From: Candidatus Hydrogenedentota bacterium
GTDB taxonomy: Bacteria > Hydrogenedentota > Hydrogenedentia > Hydrogenedentales > SLHB01
Length of the DNA stretch: 64,000 bases
Direction of reading: 5' to 3'
NCBI GenBank assembly: GCA_963668025.2
Contig: CAXXTH010000023.1
Coordinates: 1 to 64,000 of the forward strand
Position numbers and translations under genes: made by a program. The notes beneath the pieces were generated by a model. It was not told the origin of the DNA. It did no database searches and saw only the letters and a list, made by a program, of their open reading frames with translations. Shown piece after piece: positions 19,680 through 30,698 of this stretch (positions within the stretch are counted from its first letter, which is position 1; every line of letters starts with the position of its first letter).

Positions 19680-22484
19680 TCAGGTTTTGTGTTCTGTTGT
19701 ATTCGCACCGCCATCAATCGCATTCCGCAAGCATTGGGTGAGTTCCGCGAGCGTAAAAGGTTTCTTGAGCACGCCGCAAAGCCCTTTTCCTGCAAACCGC
19801 GTGGCGATTTCCTCTTCACTGTATCCGCTGGCTAAAATGACGCGCACATCCGGCTGAATGCGCCGGATAGCCTCGAAAGCTTCTTCCCCGTTCAACCGCG
19901 GCATGGTAAGGTCAAGTACGACGCAAATGATTTCCGAGGCATGCATGCGGAATTGCTCGATGGCGTCATATCCATCGACCGCACACACGACCTGGAAACC
20001 AAGCCGGTTGAGCATGCGTTTTCCCGCGTTCAATACGATTTCCTGGTCATCGGCGAGTAGAATGGTCCCTTGGCCGCGCCAGTTTTTAGAAGCGTTTTCC
20101 GCGTGGACCGGGTTGGGGGGAGGCGTCCCTAGACTGGGAAACAAGAGGCGGAATGCAGAACCCTTTCCTGCCTCGCTCGTGACGCGTATGCATCCGGAAT
20201 GGCTGCGAACAATCCCATACACCACGGCCAGGCCTAATCCCCTTCCTGCAAATTTGGTCGAGAAGAACGGATCAAAGACCCGCTTCAGGGTGTCGGCATC
20301 CATGCCTGCGCCGGTGTCGCTCACTTCCACGTACACACAGGGGCCTTGAGGCGCGAAATCACCCACATAGTATTCTGCTTGAGATGGCTCGACGCCATAT
20401 TGCATCCCTGTTTGTATAACCACTGTCCCTTCATGTTCTTCAATGGATTCGGCGGCGTTAAAAACAAGATTCATGATCGCCTGGCGGATTTGGGCGGGAT
20501 CGCCCGCCATGGCGGGAAGATCAGGCGCGAGTTCATGGCGAAGAACCGTTTTACGGGAAACGGAAGCTTCTTGCAGCCGGACAGCGGAAGTGGCGATTTC
20601 GTTGAGATTGATCTTTTCTACGACGAACCGCCCCCGGCCTGAATAAGCCAGCATCTGGCGTGCGAGTTCGGCGGCGTGGCCCGCCGCGCGCTCGATTTCT
20701 TTTAAGAGCGGGTGGATGGTTCCGGAAGGCGGCGCCTCAGATAACGCGAGCTCCGTGTTTGCCAGCACCCCCATGAGCAGATTATTAAAATCATGGGCGA
20801 TGCCTCCCGCCAGCACGCCAAGGCTCTCGAGTTTTTGCGCTTGCTGCAAGCGTGACTCGAAAGCGCGCCTTTCTTCTTCCTCTTCCTTGTGCTTTGAGAT
20901 ATCCGTATCCACCACGAGTATGCCGTACACTTCGCCCTGCTCGTTGAATAGGGGCATCCTGCTGGTCAAGATGGTTGCAGACACCCCGTCCCGCCTGGTT
21001 ATCGTGCGTTCGAGATTAATCAGCGGCCGGCGTTCATCCAACACTATTTTGTCATGCTCTTCCGTCCAATCCGCCTCGATGGGGCATATGGTGAGTTCGC
21101 GATGCGTTTTGCCGATAAATGCGTCCGTCGAATCCAACCCGAGTTCCCGGGCGAATTCCGTATTGCCGCCAAGGTACGCCAGATTGCGGTCTTTCCAATA
21201 AACGGAACACGGTATGCTCGATATGATGTTGGAGAGCAAGGCCTTTTGCTGGCTCAGCTCAAGCATTGTTTTTTTGCGTTTAGTGCGATTGATCAGCAAG
21301 GTAAAAATAAGTATGGACTCGATGGCGATAAAGAGCACAACCGCCATGATGACGAATCTGAGCCGCCAATCGATAGGCGCAGGCTGGTTCATAATCTCCA
21401 CGCCTTGCGGCAGCCTTGATGCCGGCACTCCGAATCGAGCCATAGCGGAATATTCGAGCATGGGAAAGCTCGGGCTTTCGCTCACAATGGGCAGCGTTTG
21501 CATGCCAGCTCCATCGAGCGCCGACTTGGCCAGTGATGCCGCCATTTTCCCATGCTCCATCCCACTAATGACTTGGCCGCCTACCACACCGTCGCGGATG
21601 AAAGAATCCCAGCAGGTGAACACCGGAGCATGCGGATTGGCGCATATAATGTGAAGGGCCTCATCCACCGACAAGATTTGACCGTCTTTTGCGCGGAAAA
21701 ACGACAGAAACAGGATGGCGCTGTTGCTGGGCAAACACTGTATAGAGCGCGATAGCGTTTCAATGGTGAGGTCATGCAAATATATAAAGTCTAGCTGGCC
21801 TTCATACGACGGGGCCAGCGCCTGGACATTTTTTACATGCATGCTGCCGACATTCGTGGTGTCCGTAACAATAGCTAGTGTCTTGATGTGCGGCAGCAGT
21901 TTTCGAATGAGTTCAACCGCGCCTTGATAGTCGGGCTTCTCCACGATCCCTTTTATATTGGCCGAATTCGCAATATCGGTCCGCTCCAAATCATTGACGC
22001 CGCAAAAAAAGATAGGGGCGTTGTGAAAAAGCTTGGCTTGATGGGCGACGGCAAACGCCAGTGCGTCATCATCCGATGTGATGATGGCGTCCAAGCGAGT
22101 CGTTGCATATTTCCATTCGAACAATTGCCGTATCAGCGCCAAGCCCTCTGGCGTGCTGATGTGCTTGGTATCCATATATTCCACCAGCAGCGCAATGTCA
22201 GGAGAACTGGCGAAAACAGACTCGATCCCTTTTTGGATATGTGCCGTCCATGGATTGTTGCCATTGTACGAATGTAAAATCAAGACTTGGCGGCTGGCAG
22301 TTGCATGAGATTCAGGAGAAGCCTCGGCGGCAGCATTGAAAAGAACGCAGCACAACCCTATGGCGCTGCATCCACGGCTCAACCAGCTCTGTCGAGCAAG
22401 CATACGCACATTCCTTTCCCGCCCTGCAACATACGGCCCGAGCTGGGCGCTATTTTGAAATAGCCAAATGGCCTGCCCTCTCAC
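19680..22484 (-). CDS. hybrid sensor histidine kinase (periplasmic ABC-substrate-binding-like domain, PAS, HisKA, HATPase, receiver)
   Basis: VLILHSY, LAGGIAHDFNNLL, NLVFNA, DTGAGM, FDPFFSTK..GRGLGL and a receiver LLADDQ..VLDLTMP..LKKPF. The start is uncertain (possibly MLARQ). Confidence 0.92.
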   Translation of the reverse strand: MRGQAIWLFQNSAQLGPYVAGRERNVRMLARQSWLSRGCSAIGLCCVLFNAAAEASPESHATASRQVLILHSYNGNNPWTAHIQKGIESVFASSPDIALLVEYMDTKHISTPEGLALIRQLFEWKYATTRLDAIITSDDDALAFAVAHQAKLFHNAPIFFCGVNDLERTDIANSANIKGIVEKPDYQGAVELIRKLLPHIKTLAIVTDTTNVGSMHVKNVQALAPSYEGQLDFIYLHDLTIETLSRSIQCLPSNSAILFLSFFRAKDGQILSVDEALHIICANPHAPVFTCWDSFIRDGVVGGQVISGMEHGKMAASLAKSALDGAGMQTLPIVSESPSFPMLEYSAMARFGVPASRLPQGVEIMNQPAPIDWRLRFVIMAVVLFIAIESILIFTLLINRTKRKKTMLELSQQKALLSNIISSIPCSVYWKDRNLAYLGGNTEFARELGLDSTDAFIGKTHRELTICPIEADWTEEHDKIVLDERRPLINLERTITRRDGVSATILTSRMPLFNEQGEVYGILVVDTDISKHKEEEEERRAFESRLQQAQKLESLGVLAGGIAHDFNNLLMGVLANTELALSEAPPSGTIHPLLKEIERAAGHAAELARQMLAYSGRGRFVVEKINLNEIATSAVRLQEASVSRKTVLRHELAPDLPAMAGDPAQIRQAIMNLVFNAAESIEEHEGTVVIQTGMQYGVEPSQAEYYVGDFAPQGPCVYVEVSDTGAGMDADTLKRVFDPFFSTKFAGRGLGLAVVYGIVRSHSGCIRVTSEAGKGSAFRLLFPSLGTPPPNPVHAENASKNWRGQGTILLADDQEIVLNAGKRMLNRLGFQVVCAVDGYDAIEQFRMHASEIICVVLDLTMPRLNGEEAFEAIRRIQPDVRVILASGYSEEEIATRFAGKGLCGVLKKPFTLAELTQCLRNAIDGGANTTEHKT

Positions 22485-22682
22485 TCCTGTGCTGGAGCTA
22501 TTGTAGCGTGAAAAATAAAACGGCTCAACAAGTTAATCCAGAGAACGCCCCAACAGGAACCGCAAGAATGCAAGAGCGCCTTTACTCTGGACTGGATTTA
22601 GGGCCTTCCAAAAATGCGTTCCACTTAAATCAACATCGCCATAAAACCAAAAAACGGGCATTCAAACAAAATCCGCACCCAC

Positions 22683-22763
22683 AAAGCGGCAGCAAGCTGC
22701 CGCACTCCAAATAGTTTCGCAAGAAAGACCTAGAGCGCAAGTGCGGTAGCTTGCTACCGCTTT
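22683..22763. repeat. inverted REP-like pair
   Basis: AAAGCGGCAGCAAGCTGCCGCAC and GTGCGGTAGCTTGCTACCGCTTT, each an internal hairpin. Confidence 0.6.
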
Positions 22764-22961
22764 CTTGTTCTCTTTGGTGTATTTCATTGGCGTTTCCTTG
22801 TTTTGGCTTGCCTGCTCCATTTCAGAAATCCCCATGCAGGGACGACAATTGCTAAATTGTTGCGGAAATTCAAGTTATTCGCATGTTGCGCCGATAGTTC
22901 GATACGGATTTCCTTTCCAAACCGGACTTGTAGCACAATATAAGGTAATATAAGGTGTAGC

Positions 22962-24509
22962 ATGAAATGTGCGGATAGTGGAGCCTATTGTATGACGCAA
23001 GAGCCGACAGACGAGTTGCAGCCTATCGCCGAAGATGTGCGCGAAGAAGGTCCGATTTATGCGGATCGGAATATCGTCTTGAAGCTGAGCCAAGATAAGA
23101 TGACGCTCTTACTGGATTATCCCACTGTTCCGGCGGATTTAGAGCCTCTTATCTATTGCCTTCGGAAACGCCTCCAAGACCGCCATGTCCCAGAAGAATG
23201 GATAGGGGAGCTGCTGGAACAACATATCCAGAAGGCGGTCGAAGAAAACGGCCATCTTCATGATGTGGCGATCGTGCAAGGCGAACCAATTGTTCCGCCA
23301 GTGGATGGGTATATCGAATGGGCGAGCAATTTCTTTAAGCGGGGTTTCCATGTGGATGAGGCCACCGGCACGGTGGATTACCGGCGGCGCATCGCCAGGA
23401 CAAGTGTAGAAGCGGGTGAGTTGCTGGCAACCGTGGTGCTGCCCATATCGGGGCAGAATGGCCGCGATGTGTACGGCCGCATGGTGCCTGCCCCCAAAGG
23501 CTTTACGCCGAGCCTATCGGCAGGCACAGGTGTGCGTGAAGCTCCTGAAGAACGTAAATTTTTCGCGAGCACGAGTGGCCGCATCCGTATGACCTCCAAT
23601 GTGCTTTCAGTGGATGAAGTGTATGTGGTGGAAGGGAATGTGGGCTTAGCCACAGGAAACATCACCCATAACGGGGCTATTGTCATCAAGGGAGATATCG
23701 AGTCGGGCTCGGATGTGAAAGCCCGGGGCGATATCGAAGTGCATGGCCTAATCGAGAATTCCGATGTGCTGACGGGAGGCAATCTGACGGTGCATGGCGG
23801 CATCGTCGGCAAGGGCAAAGACAAGATCATTGTCGCCGGATGGCTTCACGCCCATTTCATTGTGGATTCCGAGGTCGAGGCAGGCAAAGACATTATTATA
23901 GATCGAGAAATTCTCAATTCCGAGATTAAGACGCGCGGGGCGCTGGCCATGCAGAATGGCCGCTTGGTGGGAGGGCGGGTGACAGCCCTGGCGGGAGTGC
24001 TTGTAGGGCAGACAGGCACGGACGCAGGTATTCCGACTTGTGTTATCGCGGGCCGGGATTTCCGGCTGCAAGCCCGTATCGACAAGCTCAACGTGGAGAT
24101 TGATAAGCTGGAAGACCGGGGCACGCGCATAAAGCAGACTGTTGAGCCTATATTGCATAAGCTTCCGCGCATGAGCGAAGAGGCGCGGGGGGCGATCGAA
24201 ACACTTCTCCAGGAAGCAAAGGAAATTGATCTGCGGGTCCGGAATTACACGCTTGCTATCGAACGTTTGCGCCAAAAATCCAAACAAGCGGCCCGGCCCC
24301 GAATCGAAATTTCCAAAGTGTTGTATCCAGACACGATATTGCAGATGGGGCCCATTCAGCAACACATGAAAGATGAGTTCAAGGGGCCTTGCCATGCGGT
24401 GATCGACAAGGGAGATGTCCAGCTCCGTTTCGGACGACTCAATTGGGGGCGCGATCTCAGCGAATCCCTATTAGATGAATTGGATGACGAAAGCGCGGCA
24501 AACACGTAA
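22962..24509 (+). CDS. FapA/DUF342-family protein
   Basis: G..PV.PVDG, VDYR, GRDVYG, GNVGLATGNI...G...IKGDI.SG..V.A.GDIEV.G beta-helix repeats and a coiled coil. The start may be 22992. Confidence 0.85.
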   Translation: MKCADSGAYCMTQEPTDELQPIAEDVREEGPIYADRNIVLKLSQDKMTLLLDYPTVPADLEPLIYCLRKRLQDRHVPEEWIGELLEQHIQKAVEENGHLHDVAIVQGEPIVPPVDGYIEWASNFFKRGFHVDEATGTVDYRRRIARTSVEAGELLATVVLPISGQNGRDVYGRMVPAPKGFTPSLSAGTGVREAPEERKFFASTSGRIRMTSNVLSVDEVYVVEGNVGLATGNITHNGAIVIKGDIESGSDVKARGDIEVHGLIENSDVLTGGNLTVHGGIVGKGKDKIIVAGWLHAHFIVDSEVEAGKDIIIDREILNSEIKTRGALAMQNGRLVGGRVTALAGVLVGQTGTDAGIPTCVIAGRDFRLQARIDKLNVEIDKLEDRGTRIKQTVEPILHKLPRMSEEARGAIETLLQEAKEIDLRVRNYTLAIERLRQKSKQAARPRIEISKVLYPDTILQMGPIQQHMKDEFKGPCHAVIDKGDVQLRFGRLNWGRDLSESLLDELDDESAANT

Positions 24510-24554
24510 TCCGTTATTACGTTATTTGGCCGCGCCTCGTCGTGTTATGGATGC

Positions 24555-26180
24555 TCACCCCACGTGGAGCAAGGAAGCGTCGTATTCCTCCGGTTTCTCG
24601 TATCCCAGCAGATTCAACAGCGTGGCCGCCACATTGCTGAGGCCGGGCTTCTCGATGGGATTCAACGCCAGCGCATTGGCCCCCGAGTAGTCCTTCACAA
24701 TAAACGGCACGGGATTAAGCGTATGGGCCACCATAGGCTCGCGCTTGCCCTTCTTTTCAGTCCACATGCAATCCGCATTGCCGTGGTCGGCAGTGACCAC
24801 CAGCACGCCCTTCGCCTTGGCGATGGCGGGAATGAGCCGACGCAGGCCCAAGTCAACGCATTCAACAGCGATGCGCACCGAAATTGGCACGCCTGTATGG
24901 CCCACCATGTCGCCGTTCGGGTAATTTAGGCGGATAAATTTGTACTGGCCGCTCTCGATGGCTTCCAGAACCGTGTCGGTAATCTCGCCCGCTTTCATCC
25001 ACGGCTTGATATCAAATTGGATCTTATCAGAAGGTATTTCGACGTACTTCTCGAGCTTCTCGTCGATATAGCCCGAATTGTTGCCATTCCAGAAATACGT
25101 CACATGGCCGAACTTCTGGGTCTCGGAGATGGCGTAAGAAGTGACGCCCTCCGCGCAGAGATATTGGCCGATGGTGCGGTCGATGGAGGGCGGCTCAACG
25201 AGGTAATTCTTCGGAATTTGGGCGTCGCCGTCATATTGCATCATGCCCGCGAAAAACACATCCGGCACCCGGCGGCGGTCAAACTCAGCCAAGTCTTTTT
25301 CCTCGAAGGCGCGTGAGATCTCGATGGCGCGGTCGCCCCGGAAATTTAAGAATACTACGGCATCGCCATCCTCGATGGTTCCCACGGGCTTGCCGTCCTC
25401 GACGATGACAAAACTCGGCAGATATTGATCGGTGATAACGGGGTCTTCATCGTAGTAAGTTTGCACGGCTTCCGCCGCGCTTTTAAAGGGCCGCCCCTCG
25501 CCGAGGACGTGGGCCTTCCATCCATTCTCGACAACGCCCCAATTGGCATTGTAGCGGTCCATGGTGGTGATCATGCGCCCGCCACCCGAGGCGATGCGGT
25601 AATCCCGTCCATCCGTCGAGAGCGCCTTGAGTTTCGCTTCGAGGGCCTCGATATAACCGAGCACGCTCTTTTCGCCTACATCGCGCCCGTCGGCCAATGG
25701 ATGAATTCGCACGCGCGGAACCTGGTCTTTTGCACAGCGCTCAAGCAGGGCAAATAACTGGGCGATGTGGCTATGCACGTTGCCGTCGGAAAGCAGGCCG
25801 ATAAAGTGGGCCGTACCGCCGTTATGCGCGTGTTCGAGGATGGATTTCCATGCCGCACCTTCGAAAATGCGTCCGCTGGCGATGGCCTCATTCACCAGTT
25901 GCGCCCCCTGCGCGAACACCCGGCCCGCCCCAAGGGCGTTGTGGCCTACTTCCGAATTCCCCATGTCGTCATCCGAAGGCAGCCCCACGGCCATGCCATG
26001 GGCGCGAAGTCTTGTGAACAACGGTTCTTGAAACAACGAATCCAGCACAGGCGTATACGCCATATGGACGCCATCGGCTTCATCGCCTTTTCCAATGCCA
26101 ACGCCATCCATGATCACCAGAACGACAGGGCCTGGGAATTCGTTGTAATGGCCAAGTTTGTCAAGATGCAGCCCGCTCAT
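24555..26180 (-). CDS. gpmI: 2,3-bisphosphoglycerate-independent phosphoglycerate mutase
   Basis: IMDGVG, MGNSEVGHNALGAG, SDGNVHSH, NFRGDRA, SETQKFGHVTYF, NGDMVGHTG, ADHGNAD and AHTLNPVP. Confidence 0.96.
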   Translation of the reverse strand: MSGLHLDKLGHYNEFPGPVVLVIMDGVGIGKGDEADGVHMAYTPVLDSLFQEPLFTRLRAHGMAVGLPSDDDMGNSEVGHNALGAGRVFAQGAQLVNEAIASGRIFEGAAWKSILEHAHNGGTAHFIGLLSDGNVHSHIAQLFALLERCAKDQVPRVRIHPLADGRDVGEKSVLGYIEALEAKLKALSTDGRDYRIASGGGRMITTMDRYNANWGVVENGWKAHVLGEGRPFKSAAEAVQTYYDEDPVITDQYLPSFVIVEDGKPVGTIEDGDAVVFLNFRGDRAIEISRAFEEKDLAEFDRRRVPDVFFAGMMQYDGDAQIPKNYLVEPPSIDRTIGQYLCAEGVTSYAISETQKFGHVTYFWNGNNSGYIDEKLEKYVEIPSDKIQFDIKPWMKAGEITDTVLEAIESGQYKFIRLNYPNGDMVGHTGVPISVRIAVECVDLGLRRLIPAIAKAKGVLVVTADHGNADCMWTEKKGKREPMVAHTLNPVPFIVKDYSGANALALNPIEKPGLSNVAATLLNLLGYEKPEEYDASLLHVG

Positions 26181-26438
26181 ATGTCTATCCCTTTCCGGTA
26201 TGATTAGGATCTGCCCAATCCGAATGAGGCATTCCGTTTACGTTCGTGAGGAGCCAACCGCTCCGTACCGCAAGGCCGCCAGTATAGGAAGCGCCTTGCC
26301 GGATATCAAACTCCGAGTGAATCCTCTACACGCTAGATTGGAATCATAAACGTGGATAAACGGTGTACATACTGGCTCACCCCTTTGATGAAGTGGCGCA
26401 CTTTAACGCACAAGGCGATTTCGCGAATGACCCTTAGA

Positions 26439-27677
26439 TTACTCTTCCGCCTCGGCTAGGCTGGCAATCTCTTCTTCTTTATCTTCGGGCAGGCTCAAGA
26501 TCTCGTCGAATACGCGCACCATGCGCGTGGGCTCCGCACGGACAAGTTCCTGCACCAGACGGAGCATCAAGCGTTTCGTGCGATGGCTGATGCTCATAAA
26601 ATCGGATAATTGGTTCAAGTGGGTGGCGTAGATATCAAAAATGCGCCGTTCACTTTCCTCATCCACGGTAGATGATGCACCGTCGTAGGGGTATAGGCCT
26701 GTTTCTTTCCATTGCTGCACCAGGCTGGCGGCCCGCTCCGCTTCACGCAGCGCAAAGTGCTCACGCATACGGGTGCGCGCCGCATCCAGGAGCTGCTTCA
26801 CATCCGCCGAGAGGTCTTCGAGCTGGAGCATCCCCTCACGTTCGAGATCGCTGATATAAGCGGATTTGAGATAGGCGGTATAGCTAAACCCGCGAAACAG
26901 GAGTCGTGTCCGGGCAATATGCAGGGCGAAACCCGATTCATTACATAAAAAAATGCCCCGTTTCCCAGGTATGAGCCATTCGACGATGGTGAGCTTGGCG
27001 TGAATGCGCTTGCCATTCTCCGTCACCAATTCTCCCAGATCATACTCGGCCACCCGATCTTCGGCGGTCGCGGGGTCAAGAGGAATTTGGTCATAAACAA
27101 TATGGACTTCCGGATATTGGCGCATATAGAGTGCGAACACATCGGTGACATCCTGGGCCGCCTTAATCCCCCGGTATGCGGCCATTTGCGGCGAAACATC
27201 CGCAATTTCCACGGACATCCCCCGCGCCCCGCCCGGCGCGGGCGCTGGATCAGAAACCTCGAATTCGCCGAGCGATTCCGCACGCCCAGTAATACGGTAG
27301 GTATACAGTCCCGAGGGCGAATCGTAGACGGAAACCCATTCCACATGATTTCCCAGCGCAAACGCGCGAAAGCGGCCCTTTCCATGCTTGCCATGCAGGA
27401 TCCGCTTGCGCGTGGCGGTGCGCTGGCCCTCTTCTTTCCATGAGCCGCCTAAATTCTTGAACGCCACCAAACCATGGTCGATATACAGCCCATGGCCGTT
27501 GTCGCGTATGCGGATCGCCTCGACCCCGCCCAGGCTGTTCTGGATGAACTCGACACGGACTTCCGTGGCTTCCGCATCGAGCGCATTCCAGATCAACTCG
27601 GCAATGGCTGCTAAAGGCCTCGCGCGCGACAAAAACTCCAGATGATCGTCACGGACTTGTACTGTGATGGTCTTCAC
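26439..27677 (-). CDS. GHKL (HATPase_c_3, MORC/MutL-like) ATPase
   Basis: GHKL motifs ELIWNALDA, IRDNGHGL and GKHGKGRF. Confidence 0.8.
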   Translation of the reverse strand: MKTITVQVRDDHLEFLSRARPLAAIAELIWNALDAEATEVRVEFIQNSLGGVEAIRIRDNGHGLYIDHGLVAFKNLGGSWKEEGQRTATRKRILHGKHGKGRFRAFALGNHVEWVSVYDSPSGLYTYRITGRAESLGEFEVSDPAPAPGGARGMSVEIADVSPQMAAYRGIKAAQDVTDVFALYMRQYPEVHIVYDQIPLDPATAEDRVAEYDLGELVTENGKRIHAKLTIVEWLIPGKRGIFLCNESGFALHIARTRLLFRGFSYTAYLKSAYISDLEREGMLQLEDLSADVKQLLDAARTRMREHFALREAERAASLVQQWKETGLYPYDGASSTVDEESERRIFDIYATHLNQLSDFMSISHRTKRLMLRLVQELVRAEPTRMVRVFDEILSLPEDKEEEIASLAEAEE

Positions 27678-27867
27678 AAATCCCGCGCTCCTTTGTCCCG
27701 GGCCCCGGACACCGACTATATAGAAAGAAGAAGGCGAATCCTAACATTCCCCGCATGCCACGGACAAGCTGGCATGACAGCTCAAATCCGCGCCAGAGGA
27801 ACCGAACGGAAAGCATATGGATAGCCGTTCCATTGCATTCACGCGCCGCAAGCCCTAGTATTTCATC

Positions 27868-29025
27868 ATGCATTCAAAACACCCCGAAAAACCGCGCGTG
27901 CTCATCGTGCATAATTTTCTGACGCCCTACCGCGAACCTCTATTCGCGGCATTGGCGCGGCGATTCGACCTTGAGGTATGGATACTAGGCGATGTGCGCA
28001 CGATCCGCGAATGGGACTCCGCGCCAGGCTTGCCTTTTACCTGCCGCATGCTGCCCCACATCAGCATTCCCTTGGGCAGCCGCGATTACCGCCTCCTCTA
28101 CAATCCCGGCCTCATCCGCCGCCTGCGCGAAGGCCGATGGGACGCCATTATCGTGTGCGGATGGGACACGCCCGCCGCCCTGCAAACCGCCATATGGGCG
28201 CGGCGGAACGCTGTGCCGCTTGTACTGTGGAGCGGCAGCACGGCGGGCGAACCCAACTGGCGGCGCACCTTGTTTGCACCCATCGTCCGCAGGCACGTAC
28301 AAGCCGCATCCGCCTGGATCGCCTACGGAACCCGCGCGCGCGACTATCTCGTGTCCCTCGGGGCGAAGGAGGAGCGTATCCGGCTAACCTATAATGCTAT
28401 CGACACGGAAACTTTCGGCCAGGCCGCCGCCACACTGGCCCCGCAACACGCGGAATTGCGCCAGGCGTGCGGCGTCCATACCCCGTTCGCCATCCTTTAT
28501 GCGGGCCAGCTCATTCCGCGCAAAGGCTTGCAAGACCTGCTTCGCGCCTTGGCTATTTTGCAGCGTGAAGACATCACCTTAGTCGTGGCGGGCAGCGGCC
28601 CTGGCGAATCCCAATGCCGCGACCTCGGCGACGCATTGGGCATCTCCGTATATGTGCGGTATGCGGGATTCGTGTCCCGTACGGATTTGCCGCGTTATTA
28701 CGCCATGGCTGATCTCATGGCCCTGCCGTCCCGCGAAGAAGTCTGGGGATTGGTCATTAACGAGGCGCTGGCCTGCGGGACGCCTGTCCTCACGACGGAG
28801 GCAGCAGGGGCCGCGCCGGATCTCATCCAGCCGGGTGTGAATGGCTACGCCGTGCCGCCAGCGAATCCCGAGGCCATCGCGGACGCCCTGGCGCGCCATT
28901 TCAGCCCCGGCGCGGACCGCGATGCCATGTCCGAAGCCGCGCGCCGCTCCATTGCACCACATACCATCAAACGCGCCGCCGGCGCCTTCGAGGAGGCCGT
29001 GCGCCTTGCCATGGAGGCCCCATGA
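27868..29025 (+). CDS. glycosyltransferase family 4
   Basis: YAGQLIPRKG and LPSREEVWGLVINEALACGTPV. Confidence 0.92.
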   Translation: MHSKHPEKPRVLIVHNFLTPYREPLFAALARRFDLEVWILGDVRTIREWDSAPGLPFTCRMLPHISIPLGSRDYRLLYNPGLIRRLREGRWDAIIVCGWDTPAALQTAIWARRNAVPLVLWSGSTAGEPNWRRTLFAPIVRRHVQAASAWIAYGTRARDYLVSLGAKEERIRLTYNAIDTETFGQAAATLAPQHAELRQACGVHTPFAILYAGQLIPRKGLQDLLRALAILQREDITLVVAGSGPGESQCRDLGDALGISVYVRYAGFVSRTDLPRYYAMADLMALPSREEVWGLVINEALACGTPVLTTEAAGAAPDLIQPGVNGYAVPPANPEAIADALARHFSPGADRDAMSEAARRSIAPHTIKRAAGAFEEAVRLAMEAP

Positions 29026-30530
29026 ACTACGGACGCCAATACGCCCTCCAGACGCTTATAGCCCTCAGTTCCGCCGTCGCCACGGGCGTGTTGTTTTATA
29101 TCCTACGCATCATCCTGTACCGCGATTTGCCGCCCGAGCAATATGCCCTGTTCTATGCCGCCCTTGCCGTGAGCGCCATTGTGTATCCCGCGCTCTCCTT
29201 CGGTTTCGAGCCGGGTATTGTCCCCCACATCACCCGGCTGCGCGAACAGAACGACCTTATTGGCGTCAAGAGCCTCGTCATCGGCGCGCTCGCCCCTCAA
29301 GCCCTGCTGGCCTGCATCCTCCTGGTTGTGGCCTGCGCGGGCGCGAAACCGCTGTCTGCGCTGCTATTCCCGTGGGCTCCCGAGGCCATGGCCCAATCGG
29401 TCGTCCGGCTCGTAGCCGCTTACACGGCGTTTGTCGTGCTATTGAAAACCGCCAGTTCGCTGCTTCTTGGCCTGCAATCCATCGCTTCTCGAAGCCTGGC
29501 CGAAGTCGCCTACGCGGCGGTGTGCCTGCTCGGCTCGGTCATCTTTATCCGCCATGGCGCGGGGGCCGGCGGCCCGGCGTTTGCCTACGTGCTGGCCGTA
29601 TTAGCCGGTTCCGCAGTGGCCATTGGATGCGTCCTCGCGCTTCATCCCGCCCTTGCGCGCGCGCCCTTCCGGCTCGATCTTCCCCTCGTGGCGAATGTCT
29701 TCCGTTCGGGGAAATACCTTACCATCGCCTTCGGCGGCGCGGCGGTCTTTTCGAGCCTTGATACGGCCATGCTGTCGCTGCTGCGCAACAATCCCCGCGA
29801 AGTGGCGGATTACCAGATCGCCGCTCCCACCATCATGATTTTTTACGGCTTGCTGATGGCGGGCATGCGCAACACCATGCCCATGGCCGCCTTGCTGTGG
29901 CATCGCGGCGAATCCCAGCTCCTCGCGCGCAGCGCCTCGCGCGCGTTCGATGCCGCCGCCGTCTTCCTGCTTCCCGGTGCGACACTCGCCGCTTGCTTCT
30001 CCGATGTCCTCATGGCCGCACTCTTCCGCAGGCCGGTGTATGAAGCCCCCGCCGCCTTTAACATCCTCGCCATGGGCAGCGCCTTTTATTGCACCTGCTG
30101 GTTCAGCCTCCAGCTTTTGGCCGGCATCGGCCACACCATGGGGGCCGCACGCGCCGTCCTGTGGGGCATCGCCGCCAACGCCGCCCTCAACCTCGCCCTT
30201 ATCCCCCTCGCGGGCGTGCGTGGAGCCGCCACCGCCACCATCCTCAGCCACGCCGCCACCACCGCCCTTGCGTTGATGGCTATCCGCCGGGAGCTCCCCG
30301 CCGTCATGCGCCCCCATGTTTGGCTGGCCACCTCGATGCTCTGCATTCCCCTGGCTTTCACGGGCGTAGCAATCCGCTGTTCGACATGGTTTTTGGAAGC
30401 GCCCATCCTCACTGCTTGCATGGCGGCTCCCATGCTGTACATCGCCGCCATTCTCATACTTGAAGCACTTGGCTTAGCGCGGCTGCGGGAATTATCGGCT
30501 AATATCCGGCAACAGGATGGCCGGATTTAA
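29022..30530 (+). CDS. oligosaccharide flippase (Wzx/MOP superfamily)
   Basis: About 12-14 hydrophobic helices, NAALNLALIPLAGVRGAATAT, and coupling to the GT4 gene. Confidence 0.85.
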   Translation: MNYGRQYALQTLIALSSAVATGVLFYILRIILYRDLPPEQYALFYAALAVSAIVYPALSFGFEPGIVPHITRLREQNDLIGVKSLVIGALAPQALLACILLVVACAGAKPLSALLFPWAPEAMAQSVVRLVAAYTAFVVLLKTASSLLLGLQSIASRSLAEVAYAAVCLLGSVIFIRHGAGAGGPAFAYVLAVLAGSAVAIGCVLALHPALARAPFRLDLPLVANVFRSGKYLTIAFGGAAVFSSLDTAMLSLLRNNPREVADYQIAAPTIMIFYGLLMAGMRNTMPMAALLWHRGESQLLARSASRAFDAAAVFLLPGATLAACFSDVLMAALFRRPVYEAPAAFNILAMGSAFYCTCWFSLQLLAGIGHTMGAARAVLWGIAANAALNLALIPLAGVRGAATATILSHAATTALALMAIRRELPAVMRPHVWLATSMLCIPLAFTGVAIRCSTWFLEAPILTACMAAPMLYIAAILILEALGLARLRELSANIRQQDGRI

Positions 30531-30698
30531 GACCACTAAATACAGTAAAACATATATCGGATACATTGGCGTAAACCTGCTCAGGGATTTTTTTTGGCCA
30601 ACTTGCTTTGGATATCCGATGAACGGTGGGGCAAGCCCCACCCTACGGATTTTTCGTGTATTTCGCTGTTTCGAAATCTGGATCCTTGGTTGCGGCTA
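30531..30698. repeat. composite REP-like module between convergent genes
   Basis: GACCACTAAATAC...CGGTGGGGCAAGCCCCACCCTAC...TTTCGTGTATTTCG...TTGGTTGCGGC, related to 6105-6195. Confidence 0.6.
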
